A stretch of 64,000 nt of DNA, taken from the NCBI GenBank assembly GCA_002269645.1, contig NIVC01000984.1, forward strand, positions 248,001-312,000, written 5' to 3'. Origin of the DNA: Macrostomum lignano. Taxonomy: Eukaryota. Below the pieces are notes generated by a model. It had not been told where the DNA came from and searched no databases. It worked only from the letters and a program-made list of their open reading frames with translations. The translations under genes were made by a program, and so were the position numbers. Within the stretch, counting starts at the first letter, position 1. Each line of letters starts with the position of its first letter. Positions 12,742 to 26,600 of the stretch are shown piece by piece.

Positions 12742-13470
12742 GGGTGTGTTCAGGGGGTGACTGATGGGTAGGGTGTGTTCAGGGGGTGACTGAGGGGTAG
12801 GGTGTGTTCAGGGGGTGACTGATGGGTTGGTGTGTTCAGGCGGTGACTGAGGGGTAGGGTGTGTTCAGGGGGTGACTGATGGGTTGGTGTGTTCAGGCGG
12901 AGACTGAGGGGTAGGGCGGGTTCAGGGGGTGACTGAGGGGTAGGGTGTGTTCAGGGGGTGACTGATGGGTTGGGTGTGTTCAGGGGGGTGACTGAGGGGT
13001 AGGGTGTGTTCAGGGGGTGACTGATGGGTTGGTGTGTTCAGGCGGTGACTGAGGGGTAGGGCGGGTTCAGGGGGTGACTAATGGGTAGGGTGTGTTCAGG
13101 GGGTGACTGATGGGTAGGGTGTGTTCAGGGGGTGACTGATGGGTAGGGTGTGTTCAGGGGGTGACTGAGGGGTAGGGTGTGTTCAGGGGGTGACTGATGG
13201 GTTGGTGTGTTCAGGCGGTGACTGAGGGGTAGGGCGGGTTCAGGGGGTGACTGATGGGTTGGTGTGTTCAGGCGGTGACTGAGGGGTAGGGCGGGTTCAG
13301 GGGGTGACTGAGGGGTAGGGTGTGTTCAGGGGGTGACTGATGGGTTGGGTGTGTTCAGGGGGTGACTGAGGGGTAGGGTGTGTTCAGGGGGTGACTGATG
13401 GGTTGGTGTGTTCAGGCGGTGACTGAGGGGTAGGGCGGGTTCAGGGAATCACTGAGGGGTAGGGTGTGTT
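12742..13470. repeat. ~28-bp G-rich minisatellite (GGGTAGGGTGTGTTCAGGGGGTGACTGA)
   Basis: Direct tandem array. Confidence 0.97.
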
Positions 13471-14170
13471 GATTGAAGTAAAGTGGCTAATTAATTAGCA
13501 ATAACACAATTACATTGCTTTATGGTCTTAATTCTAGCTAGCTAGATTGTACAAATTAACATTGAGAGCCCTTCACCTATATTTATTTACTTTAGCCCAG
13601 CTCAAAGCAGTGTAGAGAAACGGGTTGCCTAAAAATAGCTATGCATTATTATTTCTGAGTGAGCACGTTCGCAATTCTATTATCATGAAAGTCTCTATTG
13701 ACATAAAGTGCGATAAAGGTAAGCTTTAGGCATAGACCTGGCTAGATAGATCGATCGTGCAACGGAGACAGTGTATCTGATTCAGAGTTTATTACCAATC
13801 TAAATATTTCAGACAGTCGCTTATCTTCCAACTGATTCTTCAGTCGAGACAATTACATAATAAACTAAAAGTTGTATGTAATATCTCAGCTAGTCCGATG
13901 CCCGCTAGCGGGTTAATATCGTATTATACTAGTATATTAAATGATTTTTGCATGCTTCCTTTAACTTTGGCTACCTTGCTCTACTGTTTATTTGATGCTT
14001 TCTAATTGAAGGTCGAAGTGTGTTACCCCATCCATCTAGCTTGCTTGCTAACAATCCGGCTTAAGAGTGTGTATATTCGTACTGTATTAATACCAAAATG
14101 ATTGCTTGTTTTTACTATCTATAATGACTTTCTATTGCACCCAGTATATACCATTTTGCAATCTAGTTGG

Positions 14171-15149
14171 GATAGAAAATCCTTCGCTTTCGCGAGTCCG
14201 CTCACCTAGCTGAGCTGAAAGCCATAGACATTGTGTAGAATACTGCAAATACTGCAGTATTACTGCCAAATACTGCAACCAGTTTGGCCAGGACTGCGAT
14301 CAAGTTGGCCAGGGATAGGAAAGCCATAGACATCGTGTAGAAATACTGCAACCAGTTTGGCCAAAACTGCGATCAAGTTGGCCAGGGATAGGAAAGCCAT
14401 AGACATCGTGTAGAAATACTGCAACCAGTTTGGCCAAAACTGCGATCAAGTTGGCCAGGGATAGGAAAGCCATAGACATCGTGTAGAAATACTGCAACCA
14501 GTTTGGCCAAACTGCGATCAATTTGGCCAGGAATAGGAAAGCCATAGACATTGTGTAAAAATACTGCAACCAGTTTGGCCAAAACTGCGATCAAGTTGGC
14601 CAGGGATAGGAAAGCCATAGACATCGTGTAAAAATACTGCAACCAGTTTGGCCAAAACTGCGATCAAGTTGGCCAGGGATAGGAAAGCCATAGACATCGT
14701 GTAGAAATACTGCAACCAGTTTGGCCAAAACTGCGATCAAGTTGGCCAAGGATAGGAAAGCCATAGACATTGTGTAGAAATACTGCAACCAGTTTTGCCA
14801 AAACTGCGATCAAGTTGGCCAATGCAATACAACACTTGAACATCAAACAGCTTGAATTAGATAGGGCGCGTGAAAATTTGTCAATCGGTCCATTAGCACC
14901 GCTGGATGTAGGTCTGATTGTAGTTTACCCACTGAATGCACTTTAGTGGAGTGATGACAGCACTAGCCATTCAGTGCCTTTTGGGCCGTTGACAAGTTAT
15001 CTATAGCTATAAGTTCAACTTGGAAGGCAATCGATCTCGGCCAACTTGATCGCAGTTTGGGCCAGATTGGTTGCAGTATTTGTACACAATGTCTATGGCT
15101 TTCAGCTCAGCTGAGTGAACGGACTCGCGAAAGCGAAGGATTTTCTATC
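14171..15149. mobile_element. Long-TIR non-autonomous element with an internal 73-bp satellite
   Basis: GATAGAAAATCCTTCGCTTTCGCGAGTCCG...CTGAGCTGAAAGCCATAGACATTGTG at the left end has its reverse complement at ~15040-15149. A 73-bp unit is tandemly repeated at ~14270-14825. No TSD identified. Confidence 0.75.
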
Positions 15150-16214
15150 TCTGGCCAAATTGATCGCAATTAATTGACTTTGCTTAATTCGAAGGACTTG
15201 CCGCTTTTAGCGTGTGACAAAAACTATATGATTTTTTTCACCACAGGCCTGGATGCCGGTGACTGGCACAGATTTCAACTCGGGACTGGCTTGTCTCTGT
15301 CGAGTTTCTCAGTCAGAAATTTGTGTGCTGTCTATGGTCCAACCTGTCTTTGTTCTACATGTAGGCTTTCAACTCTGCGTACGCGTACCATGGACATTGA
15401 TGCTGATCTATTTGTAGAATTTCTATAAATAATCTTTAGAACTTTCCCGCCAATTAATAATAAATTCCCCCACATGGTGTAAATTACCGTAGAAAAATTT
15501 ATTGCATTTTAAAAAGCAGAATTAGAATTTCAAATGAGTTTACGTTCACTTAATAGATACCATATAGATCAGTTATTCTTGACTTGGAACTTTCCAAGAA
15601 AATCATTTCTGGGGGCTGGGTTTGCAACCGTAGCTTTTATTGGAACATTGATCTTTGCAAACTTCTTAAAAGTTCCTATCTCCGTGGCGTACTTTTCGCG
15701 GAGATGCTCTTATGCTCTACTCTACACAGAATGTTTTGCAAGAAACAAGGTTTCCCATTCTATACTTAACGGCCCCTTTATCAGATGCTTATCTTTGTGC
15801 ATGCAGCACCCGTTGGTTGTTAAAATTGCCCGCAGTAGGTTCTGTTTTGCAGTATTCTATTATATTCTTATTTGTAATGCTCGTAGTTAATACTGTGCCG
15901 AGTTTAATTATTAGTTATTAGCTACTTAGCGCATGCCTTTTTGATTGGTAGCAGTTAATTGTGCACTTCTTGGTGTGAGTATTGTGATTTTTCTTTTCAT
16001 CTCTAGCCTGTGTTTTTATGCACAGCTAGAAGCATATTTTGCGTCAAATTTTAGTATCTATATAGCACTCTTAACATGGTTGCACCGTGTTTTTTTGCTG
16101 CTAACTGATTCCACTTTCTCAATTTACTTCGCATGCTTTTCGCGACCTAAATTGTAGCGGCGTGTGACTGCTTTTTGTGATGGACAGATGTCCGAAATTA
16201 GATTAATTACCTTT

Positions 16215-17200
16215 CAGATGCTCGCCCTCTACCCACCTAGATAATCACCCTCTACCCACCTGGATAATCGCCCTCCACCCACCTGGATAATCGCCCTCTA
16301 CCCACCTGGATAATCACCCTCTACCCACCTGGATAATCGCCCTCCACCCACCTGGATAATCGCCCTCTACCCACCTGGATAATCGCCCTCTACCCACCTG
16401 GATAATCGCCCTCCACCCACCTGGATAATCGCCCTACACCCACCTGGATAATCGCCCTCCACCCACCTGGATAATCACCCTCTACCCACCTGGATAATCG
16501 CCCTCCACCCACCTGGATAATCGCCCTCCACCCACTTAATAATCGCCCTCCACCCACCTGGATAATCGCCCTCTACCCACCTGGATAATCGCCCTCTACC
16601 CACCTGGATAATCGCCCTCTACCCACCTGGATAATCACCCTCTACCCACCTGGATAATCGCCCTCCACCCACCTGGATAATCGCCTTCCACCCACCTGGA
16701 TAATCGCCCTCCACCCACCTGGATAATCGCCCTCTACCCACCTGGATAATCGCCCTCCACCCACCTGGATAATCGCCCTACACCCACCTGGATAATCACC
16801 CTCTACCCACCTGGATAATCGCCCTCCACCCACCTGGATAATCACCCTCCACCCACCTGGATAATCGCCCTCCACCCACCTGGATAATCGCCCTCCACCC
16901 ACCTGGATAATCGCCCTCCACCCACCTGGATAATCGCCTTCCACCCACCTGGATAATCGCCCTCCACCCACCTGGATAATCACCCTCTACCCACCTGGAT
17001 AATCGCCCTCCACCCACCTGGATAATCGCCCTCCACCCACCTGGATAATCGCCCTCTACCCACCTGGATAATCGCCCTCCACCCACTTAATAATCGCCCT
17101 CCACCCACCTGGATAATCGCCCTCCACCCACTTAATAATCGCTCTCCACCCCCTTAATAATCGCCCTCCACACTTGGATAATCGCCCTCCACCCACTTGG
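16215..17200. repeat. 23-bp minisatellite (CACCTGGATAATCGCCCTCCACC)
   Basis: Direct tandem array. Confidence 0.97.
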
Positions 17201-17679
17201 ACACTCGCCCTCCAGACTACTACTTTAAAGTCACTCTTTTGAACTCCCTCTAGAAGCATCTCACTGGAAAAGATGAGCTGTTTCTGAGGTGTGTGCTAGT
17301 GCTGGCTGTTGTGTGACACTGCTCAAAACGATCTGCTCTCTCACTCAGCCTAGTATTTAGTGTCAATGCCAAAGTCGCACAGCATAGCTTTGAGCTCGCT
17401 TGCTTCTATACCTTGAACTGAGCACCTGTTACTTAGACAATGCAAAGGCACACGAGCTAACCCGACTTTGAACTGCAATATAATTGATTTTTCCTTATCG
17501 GACAAATTATGAACGATGCGATTATTGTCTTGATCTCGGATTTTATTCTTATTTCTTTTCATCTCCATTTTGTCGCTTAGAAACAAAGGCTTTTTGAATT
17601 CCTTAGGGCTCGTGTTACATATTTTATGAATAGGGTTTTAGCTGAAAAAGTACATTTACCTAATCTGGACACTACATTT

Positions 17680-19117
17680 CTCCCAGTCTACTGAGTGAGT
17701 CACTGCTGCCCCATTCCCAGTCTACTGAGTGAGTCACTGCTGCCCCATTCCCAGTCTACTGAGTGAGTCACTGTTGCCCCATTCCCAGTCTACTGAGTGA
17801 GTCACTGCTGCCCCATTCCCAGTCTACTGAGTGAGTCACTGCTGCCCCATTCCCAGTCTACTGAGTGAGTCACTGCTGCCCCATTCCCAGTCTACTGAGT
17901 GAGTCACTGCTGCCCCATTCCCAGTCTACTGAGTGAGTCACTGCTGTCCCATTCCCAGTCTACTGAGTGAGTCACTGCTGTCCCATTCCCAGTCTACTGA
18001 GTGAGTCACTGCTGCCCCATTCCCAGTCTGTCAGTGAGTCACTGCTGCCCCATTCCCAGTCTGTCAGTGAGTCACTGCTGCCCCATTCCCAGTCTACTGA
18101 GTGAGTCACTGCTGCCCTATTCCCAGTCTACTCAGTGAGTCACTGCTGCCCCATTCCCAGTCTACTGAGTGATTCACTGCTGCCCCATTCCCAGTCTACT
18201 GAGTGAGTCACTGCTGCCCCATTCCCAGTCTACTGAGTGAGTCACTGCTGCCCCATTCCCAGTCTACTGAGTGAGTCACTGCTGCCCCATTCCCAGTCTG
18301 TCAGTGAGTCACTGCTGCCCCATTCCCAGTCTGTTAGTGAGTCACTGCTGCCCCATTCCCAGTCTACTGAGTGAGTCACTGCTGCCCCATTCCCAGTCTG
18401 TCAGTGAGTCACTGCTGCCCCATTCCCAGTCTGTCAGTGAGTCACTGCTGCCCCATTCCCAGTCTGTTAGTGAGTCACTGCTGCCCCATTCTCAGTCTGT
18501 CAGTGAGTCACTGCTGCCCCATTCCCAGTCTGTTAGTGAGTCACTGCTGCCCCATTCCCAGTCTGTTAGTGAGTCACTGCTGCCCCATTCCCAGTCTGTC
18601 AGTGAGTCACTGCTGCCCCATTCCCAGTCTACTGAGTGAGTCACTGCTGCCCCATTCCCAGTCTACTGAGTGAGTCACTGCTGCCCCATTCCCAGTCTAC
18701 TGAGTGAGTCACTGCTGCCCCATTCCCAGTCTGTTAGTGAGTCACTGCTGCCCCATTCCCAGTCTGTTAGTGAGTCACTGCTGCCCCATTCCCAGTCTGT
18801 TAGTGAGTCACTGCTGCCCCATTCCCAGTCTGTCAGTGAGTCACTGCTGCCCCATTCCCAGTCTGTCAGTGAGTCACTGCTGCCCCATTCCCAGTCTGTT
18901 AGTGAGTCACTGCTGCCCCATTCCCAGTCTGTCAGTGAGTCACTGCTGCCCCATTCCCAGTCTGTTAGTGAGTCACTGCTGCCCCATTCCCAGTCTACTG
19001 AGTGAGTCACTGCTGCCCCATTCCCAGTCTACTGAGTGAGTCACTGCTGCCCCATTCCCAGTCTACTGAGTGAGTCACTGCTGCCCCATTCCCAGTCTAC
19101 TGAGTGAGTCACTGCTG
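17680..19117. repeat. 33/34-bp minisatellite (GAGTCACTGCTGCCCCATTCCCAGTCTACTGAGT)
   Basis: Direct tandem array with two interleaved length variants. Confidence 0.97.
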
Positions 19118-20690
19118 TCCTCATGGACATGGACAAACAGCGCATGGTTTTTTGTATTTCACGATTTCAGGCTAAAATTAGCTTGCCGAAACTAAAATAT
19201 TTGAAATAGCCAGTCTTCCCAAGTAACCAATGGATTAAAAGCATTGATTAGTCGGACGAACAACGGGAGCAGCAATTGTATGGCCCGAGCAACGAGCTGC
19301 ATTCGCCAAAGATTTTAAAGCAGTACTTCTGGCACTTTGCTGTTGCACCACGACTTCGCTGCTGTTCGGGATGCTGAATCGCTCGCTGGAGGAGAACAAC
19401 GCCCGGCTGGACGGGGAAGAGTTTTGACCGAGCCGATGCACAATCTCCATTTTATGCCGCTTTGGTTGGAATACTCGTAAAATAAGACTGCATTCTGATT
19501 GGATAGCCTCTTAATTGTCTTCCAGCTTCCATTATCATTTGCTGTTGCGACCCAAATAATCGTTTCATTTTGTTTTATTAATAAACGGCTGGTTTAATCG
19601 TGTGATTATAAAAGATTCGCTATTTGAACTATTTAATCTGAATGTTATGGTAAAAAGTCTTCATTTAATTACCTTCATTTTCTATTAAAATACTACTTAG
19701 TGGAAAGTAGATTAAAAGCGTATGCTTTATTTAAAACAAATAACGAAGTCAAGACCTCATCATGCTGTAATTAATTTTTCTGGGTGTACATGACGAATCA
19801 TTTAGTAGTAGCGGGTAATAGTAAAACAGAGAGTACTGTATTGGTAGCTTCTCATTTATTTATTTTTTTGCAACTCACGTACAACAGTGCTCACGGGTTA
19901 GCTAGTAGTATAGGTAATATGTATAGATTATTTATAAGCACAGGCAGTTGAGTGAATTATTTCATATAAGAAACTGGGGAAGCAAATTTGCCTACATTAG
20001 TAATAACAGTAGTAGATTCATTCTGCGGGAAAGGGAGGTGAAAGGCCGAGGGGCGGTTGAGAAAAGGCATGGCTCAGAAATTGTGTGTGCGTGTGTCTGG
20101 ACAGGACGGATTCAATAGTCCATCATGGTGGATTAGAGGCGATGCGTGTGTAATGATGATAATAACAATAAATCAAAATGGCACAAAGACTTGTAGGGGA
20201 ACAGAGAGTGTAATCGGCAATTCTGTAATATTGTTATTAAGCCTATAAAAACAGTCAGTCAGCTGATGCGGTGCTGTGCAGATTTTAATTGCGATTAATT
20301 TGATGCTGCATCACAGACGTAAACGAGCTAACTGGCAGGTAAGCATATTGTGGACAGGTAGGCACACTGGTGCGGAATATTAATCATAAACAGCTAATTC
20401 GCACTATGCGCACAGTGTTGAATTCCGATTTTTGTTTACTATTGTTGAAAGCACACGCGCTGTCTACATTGCAACTTATTCGGGTAAAGATCCCTTTTTA
20501 TGCATACTACTGTTCCACTGTGAGTAGTAGAGCTTGAAAGTTTTTATTATTAATTAACAAGAAAATTCAGCACCACAGGAGTACAGAAGAAATCGATCCC
20601 ACCTCAGGATAGGGAAACTGGAGAGATGTCAGGTGTTAATTAACGAGTTGTCAGTTTTTTAACAAAAAAAGCCCAGCCAAGCCAATCGGG

Positions 20691-23600
20691 TCACTCTGAG
20701 CTAACCTGCGGCCTGCCGCTCACAGCGTCGGCCCGGCAGATCGGGCAGGTGCGATTGTGTCGCAGCCAGCGGTCAACGCAGCGCACGTGGAATTCGTGAC
20801 CGCAGGCGAGGCCGCGCAGCTGCTGGCGGGGCTCGAACTCGGCCAGGCAGACAACGCAGCTGGCCTGACGGCGACTGTCCGACTGCCTGCGGCCAGGCTG
20901 GTAGCGATAAGCCGGCAGGCTTTCCAGCTCCTCTTTGGCGGCGCCGCGTGGCCGGCAGCCGCCTACTTGCGCGGCCAGGTGCAGCAAACTGTCCAGATTG
21001 CTAGGCTGATGCTGATGCTGCAGCTGCTGCTGCTGCTGATGATGATGCTGATGATGGCGGTGCTGTTGATGCGCCTGCTGTTGCGAATGCTGATGATGAT
21101 GCAGCAGGTGCTGATGAAGATGATGCTGACTGTGCGCGCTGCCAGCCGCTGACGATGAAGCACCGGTGCCGGCAGTTGTGGAGGCTGCATTGTCTAGCAA
21201 AGCCAGGAAATGCAACAGCAGGCCGGGATAGGGGGCCGGCGGGCAGCAGTAGTAGCCGGTGGGACCGCCCAGCTGGTAGGAGCCGGCCGGGTAGTACAGA
21301 GGGCCACCATAGTGCTGCTGCTGCTGCTGTTGCTGCTGCTGGTACACTAGCGAGCTGGTCAGGTAAGCACCCCCGAGCAAGTGTGCGCCGCTGCTGCCGC
21401 CGCTAGCTCCGCTGCCACCGCCAGCGGCTGCCGATGCTGCAACGGCGGCCGCGGAAGCAGCTGTAGCCGCGGCAGAAGCCGCAGCCGCCGCTGCAGCAGC
21501 AGCTGCAGCTGCCTGCTGTTGCTGTTGAAGCTGATGCCGCCTATGCTGCTGATACTGGAAGCCGGCTTCGTTGGCGTCCGCGACTGACGCTCCCGACATC
21601 ATAGTGGCGGCGGGCAGGCCGGTCGGCTGGCGCTGATGAATCTGCTGCTGATATTGCTGTTGCTGCTGCTGCTGCTGCTGTGTCAGTTGCTGATGATGTC
21701 GACGGCGTAGCTGAGGACTGCAATGGGGGTCAGAACACCACTATTAGTAATGGTATAGCTTGCTTATAGGGAGTTGTAGATCCTGGATAAGTGGCTTTTT
21801 TAAGCGCCAGAAACGCACTACCATTTGTTAAATTGAAAACCAGGAAGCCAGCTGCACTGCTGACCCTTTCTGAACAACTGAGTCGAAAAAGCCTGCATAC
21901 CCCCTGTTTACAGATCTACTACTATTTTTGTGAATTGTCGATTCTGGGAAGAATAAGTATACCATACAATGTGCCATTTTGGAGTGCTAGTTGGGGCGCC
22001 ATTTGGAGTGCTAGTTGGGACGCCATTTGGAGTGCTAGTTGGGACGCTATTTGGAGTGCTAGTTGGGACGCCATTTGGAGTGCTAGTTGGGACGCCATTT
22101 GGAGTGCTAGTTGGGACGCTATTTGAAGTGCTAGTTGGGACGCCATTTGGAGTGCTAGTTGGGGCGCCATTCAGAGTGCTAGTTGGGACGCTATTTGGAG
22201 TGCTAGTTGGGACGCCATTTGGAGTGCTAGTTGGGACGCCATTTGGAGTGCTAGTTGGGGCGCCATTCAGAGTGCTGATAATCCACAATGCAGTTTGGCC
22301 GCACCACAGCTGTCTAAGAAGACACGAGCGCAGCTGTTTAAGCATTCGATTAGCGTTGAGATGCCGCGATACCGAACGGCCCAGTGAGTGCAGAATCTGC
22401 CTAACAACGGGCGTCAAGCCCAGGTCCGACCTGTCCAAGCACCGCAACAGCAGGCTGGCGTGCAGCCAAGTTGGCCGGCCGGCCAGCTGATGCCTGCGGA
22501 CATAATCGGACAGGGCCGAGCCGAGGCAGCAGGCCGGGTCAACGCCGGCAGCGGAGGCGACACCAGCCAGAGCGGCTCCGGCCAGAGGATCAAGAGCTAA
22601 CCGATGCCCGGCCCAGTTAACGAAGCTGGCGTAGAACTGGGCGTAGAGCGACTCCAACTGCTGCTGGTGCTGCATCTCTCCGAGTACAAGCCAGCCAATA
22701 TAGATCGAGTGTATTATTCTTCTAGTAAAGTAGTAGTAGCCGATAGTAGAATTCTCGGGCGTCTTGACTGCCATTTCCATGCCTTTTATATACATACATA
22801 CATGCATACAGCCTATGCAGCAGCAAGCAGGGCGGGCAGCTGTTTAGTCATTGTGTGCGCGGCGCCCGCAGCCGGGCCGGCCCAAGCCCCAATACAGGCC
22901 TGCGCACGCCGCCCGCACACACAGCATTGGCGGAGGGTTGAGAGAGAGATAGGGAAGGCACGATTGGGGCCCTCCAGGAAGGCACGTGGACACTTGTATT
23001 AGCAATGCGCGGGGGGGGGGGTAGATGCTACAGGCAAGAGAGGGAGGTGCAGGACCGTGCAAGTTGGTGAGGGTGGGGGGTGCACCAGGGTTGAAGTCAA
23101 GTTTGACTTCTTCTTCACAATAAAAAGAGAGTTCAGACGGGCTGTTGCAGCCCAACCTCCCCCCCCCTAAACCTGCAACCCAGTAGGCCAGATGCCGCAA
23201 GCCAAGGTTCCTTGTCCGCAGGTCTGTGCTGGCCGGCACATAAATATATAACTCGAACATGCGAGCATAAATTATATACATACAATCGATAGCTTTGTTT
23301 TTTGTCGGTATCGGAATTCACCTTACCAACTGGTCAATAGATTTATTATCTCTCTAGTCTGGGGGGTCGTGCTGACGGTCTTTGTAGCTCGATTGAAGTA
23401 CTAACAAATAACAAAGACTCGAATTTGGCGCGCTTTTATACGCAGCAATGTGTTGAAAGCGGAGACGCATCCAGAGAGAGAGAGAAAGATTTTTCAATAG
23501 GAATGCCAGATTGCCGACCCAATGCAGAGATAAATTACGCAATCAATTCTCTCAACGTGAAATAGCTTACGCATGCATAATTAGTTTATCTAAGGCAAAA

Positions 23601-26600
23601 TGCTAATAACTGCATTAAATTAATGCTGCGCTCTGCAATTCTTTTGCCTATTGATAAACAATGCGCTAAGCAGTTTTAGTTAAACTGTCCATTCTGGGAT
23701 AAATGTGTCACGAAATGTGCTAGTTGGGGCGCCATTCAGAGTGCTAGTTGGGGCGCCATTCAGAGTGCTAGTTGGGGCGCCATTCAGAGTGCTAGTTGGG
23801 GCGCCATTCAGAGTGCTAGTTGGGGCGCCACTCAGAGTGCTAGTTGGGGCGCCATTCAGAGTGCTAGTTGGGGCGCCATTCAGAGTGCTAGTTGGGGCGC
23901 CATTCAGAGTGCTAGTTGGGGCGCCATTCAGAGTGCTAGTTGGGGCGCCATTCAGAGTGCTAGTGTTGGGGCGCCATTCAGAGTGCTAGTGTTGGGGCGC
24001 CATTCAGAGTGCTAGTTGGGGCGCCATTCAGAGTGCTAGTGTTGGGGGCCTGGGGCGCCATTCAGAGTGCTAGTGTTGGGGCGCCATTCAGAGTGCTAGT
24101 GTTGGGGCGCCATTCAGAGTGCTAGTGTTGGGGCGCCATTCAGAGTGCTAGTGTTGGGGCGCCATTCAGAGTGCTAGTTGGGGCGCCATTCAGAGTGCTA
24201 GTGTTGGGGGCCTGGGGCGCCATTCAGAGTGCTAGTGTTGGGGGCCTGGGGCGCCATTCAGAGTGCTAGTGTTGGGGCGCCATTCAGAGTGCTAGTTGGG
24301 ACGCCATTCAGAGTGCTAGTTGGGGCGCCATGGGAAGTACCAACAAAAAGCATATATTAGAGGTTCCAGAAGCAGTACACAGATGCCAAAAATCTCAGTA
24401 TAAGAAAGTATTTACCTGGCTCTTTGCTGGTGACCCAGCGACCCGCTCGCGCCGCCGTTGCGTCTAGAAGTTGCAGAAGACGACGTCGAGGAAGCCGAGG
24501 CAGAGAAAGACGGGCCGGCGAAGGCCGCAGATGCGGCGGCGACACCGTCGGGCGCGGGAGCGGCCGCCGATCGGTGCAGCGAAGCAGCAGCGGCCGCTGC
24601 CGCAGCGGCTGCCGCAGCCCAGGACGCTCCCGTCGGCTCGTCTACGCCGCGGGGACAGGCGGCGGCCCCGGCTGCTACGGCGGACGGCGGTTGCGAGGAA
24701 GTCTGACCGCTGGCCAAATTAACATCCGCTGCTACGCTGCTGGACGACAGACGGAGCTTCTTGCGCGACGGCGGAGCCGCGTCTGTACCCTGATTGTATG
24801 AATAGTTAGCGAATAAGTTGATTTATTTCTTGAAATACCCATAATAACTAATCGTTCCTTGGTAGTTAGTTAATCCAACGAGCGCTTCTCACCTTGCCAG
24901 TGAGGTGCCGGCCAGCACCGCAATTGTTTTCGCTGGTCACGGCGGCAATTGCGGAGGACGCCGGCGGCGGCAAAAGCGGCGCCGTCGCGGCGGCGGCAGA
25001 CGGGACTACGGCACCTGCGGCGGCCGCCACTGGGGTGAGTCGGTGCAGCCATTCGCTAGCTAGCTCTGCCAAAAGATGACAAAAAATGCACAATGACAAA
25101 ACTGTCGGGACACGATTCTCAGGCAAAGCAGACAGATTACAGGATCAAATTGCAATGACCCCAATCCGATTTTTTATCTTAAATACCAAATACGGAATAT
25201 GAATAGACCCTAGAATCCCGATCACTAATCCTAGAATCCCGATCACTAACCCTAGAATCCCGATCACTAATCCTAGAATCCCGATCACTAACCCTAGAAT
25301 CCCGATCACTAATCCTAGAATCCCGATCACTAATCCTAGAATCCCGATCACTAATTCTAGAATCCCGATCACTAATCCTAGAATCCCGATCACTAATCCT
25401 AGAATCCCGATCACTAATTCTAGAATCCCGATCACTAATCCTAGAATCCCGATCACTAATTCTAGAATCCCGATCACTAATTCTAGAATCCCGATCACTA
25501 ATCCTAGAATCCCGATCACCAATTCTAGAATCCCGATCACTAATTCTAGAATCCCGATCACTAATTCCAGAATCCCGATCACTAATCCTAGAATCTCGAT
25601 CACTAATTCTAGAATCCCGATCACTAATCCTAGAATCCCGATCACTAATCCTAGAATCCCGATCACTAATTCTAGAATCTCGATCACTAATTCTAGAATC
25701 CCGATCACTAATCCTAGAATCCCGATCACTAATCCTAGAATTCCGATCACTAATTCTAGAATCTCGATCACTAATTCTAGAATCCCGATCACTAATCCTA
25801 GAATCCCGATCACTAATCCTAGAATCCCGATCACTAATTCTAGAATCCCGATTACTAATTCTAGAATCCCGATTACTAAGCCTAGAATCCCGATCACTAA
25901 TTCTTGAATCCCGATCACTAATTCTAGAATCCTGATCACTAATCCTAGAATCCCGATCACTAATCCTAGAATCCCGATCACTAATTCTAGAATCTCGATC
26001 ACTAATTCTAGAATCCCGATCACTAATCCTAGAATCCCGATCACTAATCCTAGAATCCCGATCACTAATTCTAGAATCTCGATCACTAATTCTAGAATCC
26101 CGATCACTAATCCTAGAATCCCGATCACTAATCCTAGAATCCCGATCACTAATTCTAGAATCCCGATTACTAATTCTAGAATCCCGATTACTAAGCCTAG
26201 AATCCCGATCACTAATTCTTGAATCCCGATTACTAAGCCTAGAATCCCGATCACTAATTCTTGAATCCCGATCACTAAGCCTAGAGTCCCGATTACTAAG
26301 CCTAGAATCCCGATCACCAATTCTAGAATCCCGATCACCAATTCTAGAATCCCGATCACTAATCCTAGAATCCCGATCACCAATTCTAGAATCCCGATCA
26401 CTAATCCTAGAATCCCGATCACTAATTCTAGAATCCCGATCACTCATTCTAGAATCCCGATCTCTAAGCCTCCAATCCCGATCACTGGTCTAGAAATCCG
26501 ATCCCTAATTTTAAAGATCCTGATCACTAATCTAACTCGAATCCTTCAGCCACTCCGCCAATTCCGAATCCCGAAATCCCGGCTCAAAATGATCTATTAG

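Noticed and set aside
15174-15890. Possible LINE endonuclease or coding remnants (CAVYGPT; HLREKYATEIG on the minus strand)
   Set aside because: Isolated short matches with multiple stops; no family could be assigned.
17350-17586. SAP-like peptide ASELKAMLCDFGIDT
   Set aside because: Too short, followed by stops, and with no supporting context.
14270-19117. CRISPR-like appearance of regular repeats
   Set aside because: The units are contiguous with no unique spacers, there are no cas genes, and the context is eukaryotic.
20757-21587. Plus-strand ORFs opposite the RING exon
   Set aside because: Antisense shadows of CAG/GCT-rich coding sequence.
25145-26447. 432-aa LVIGILE and 422-aa SDRDSRI ORFs
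   Set aside because: Translations of a 21-bp array lying in an intron of the RNF38-like gene.
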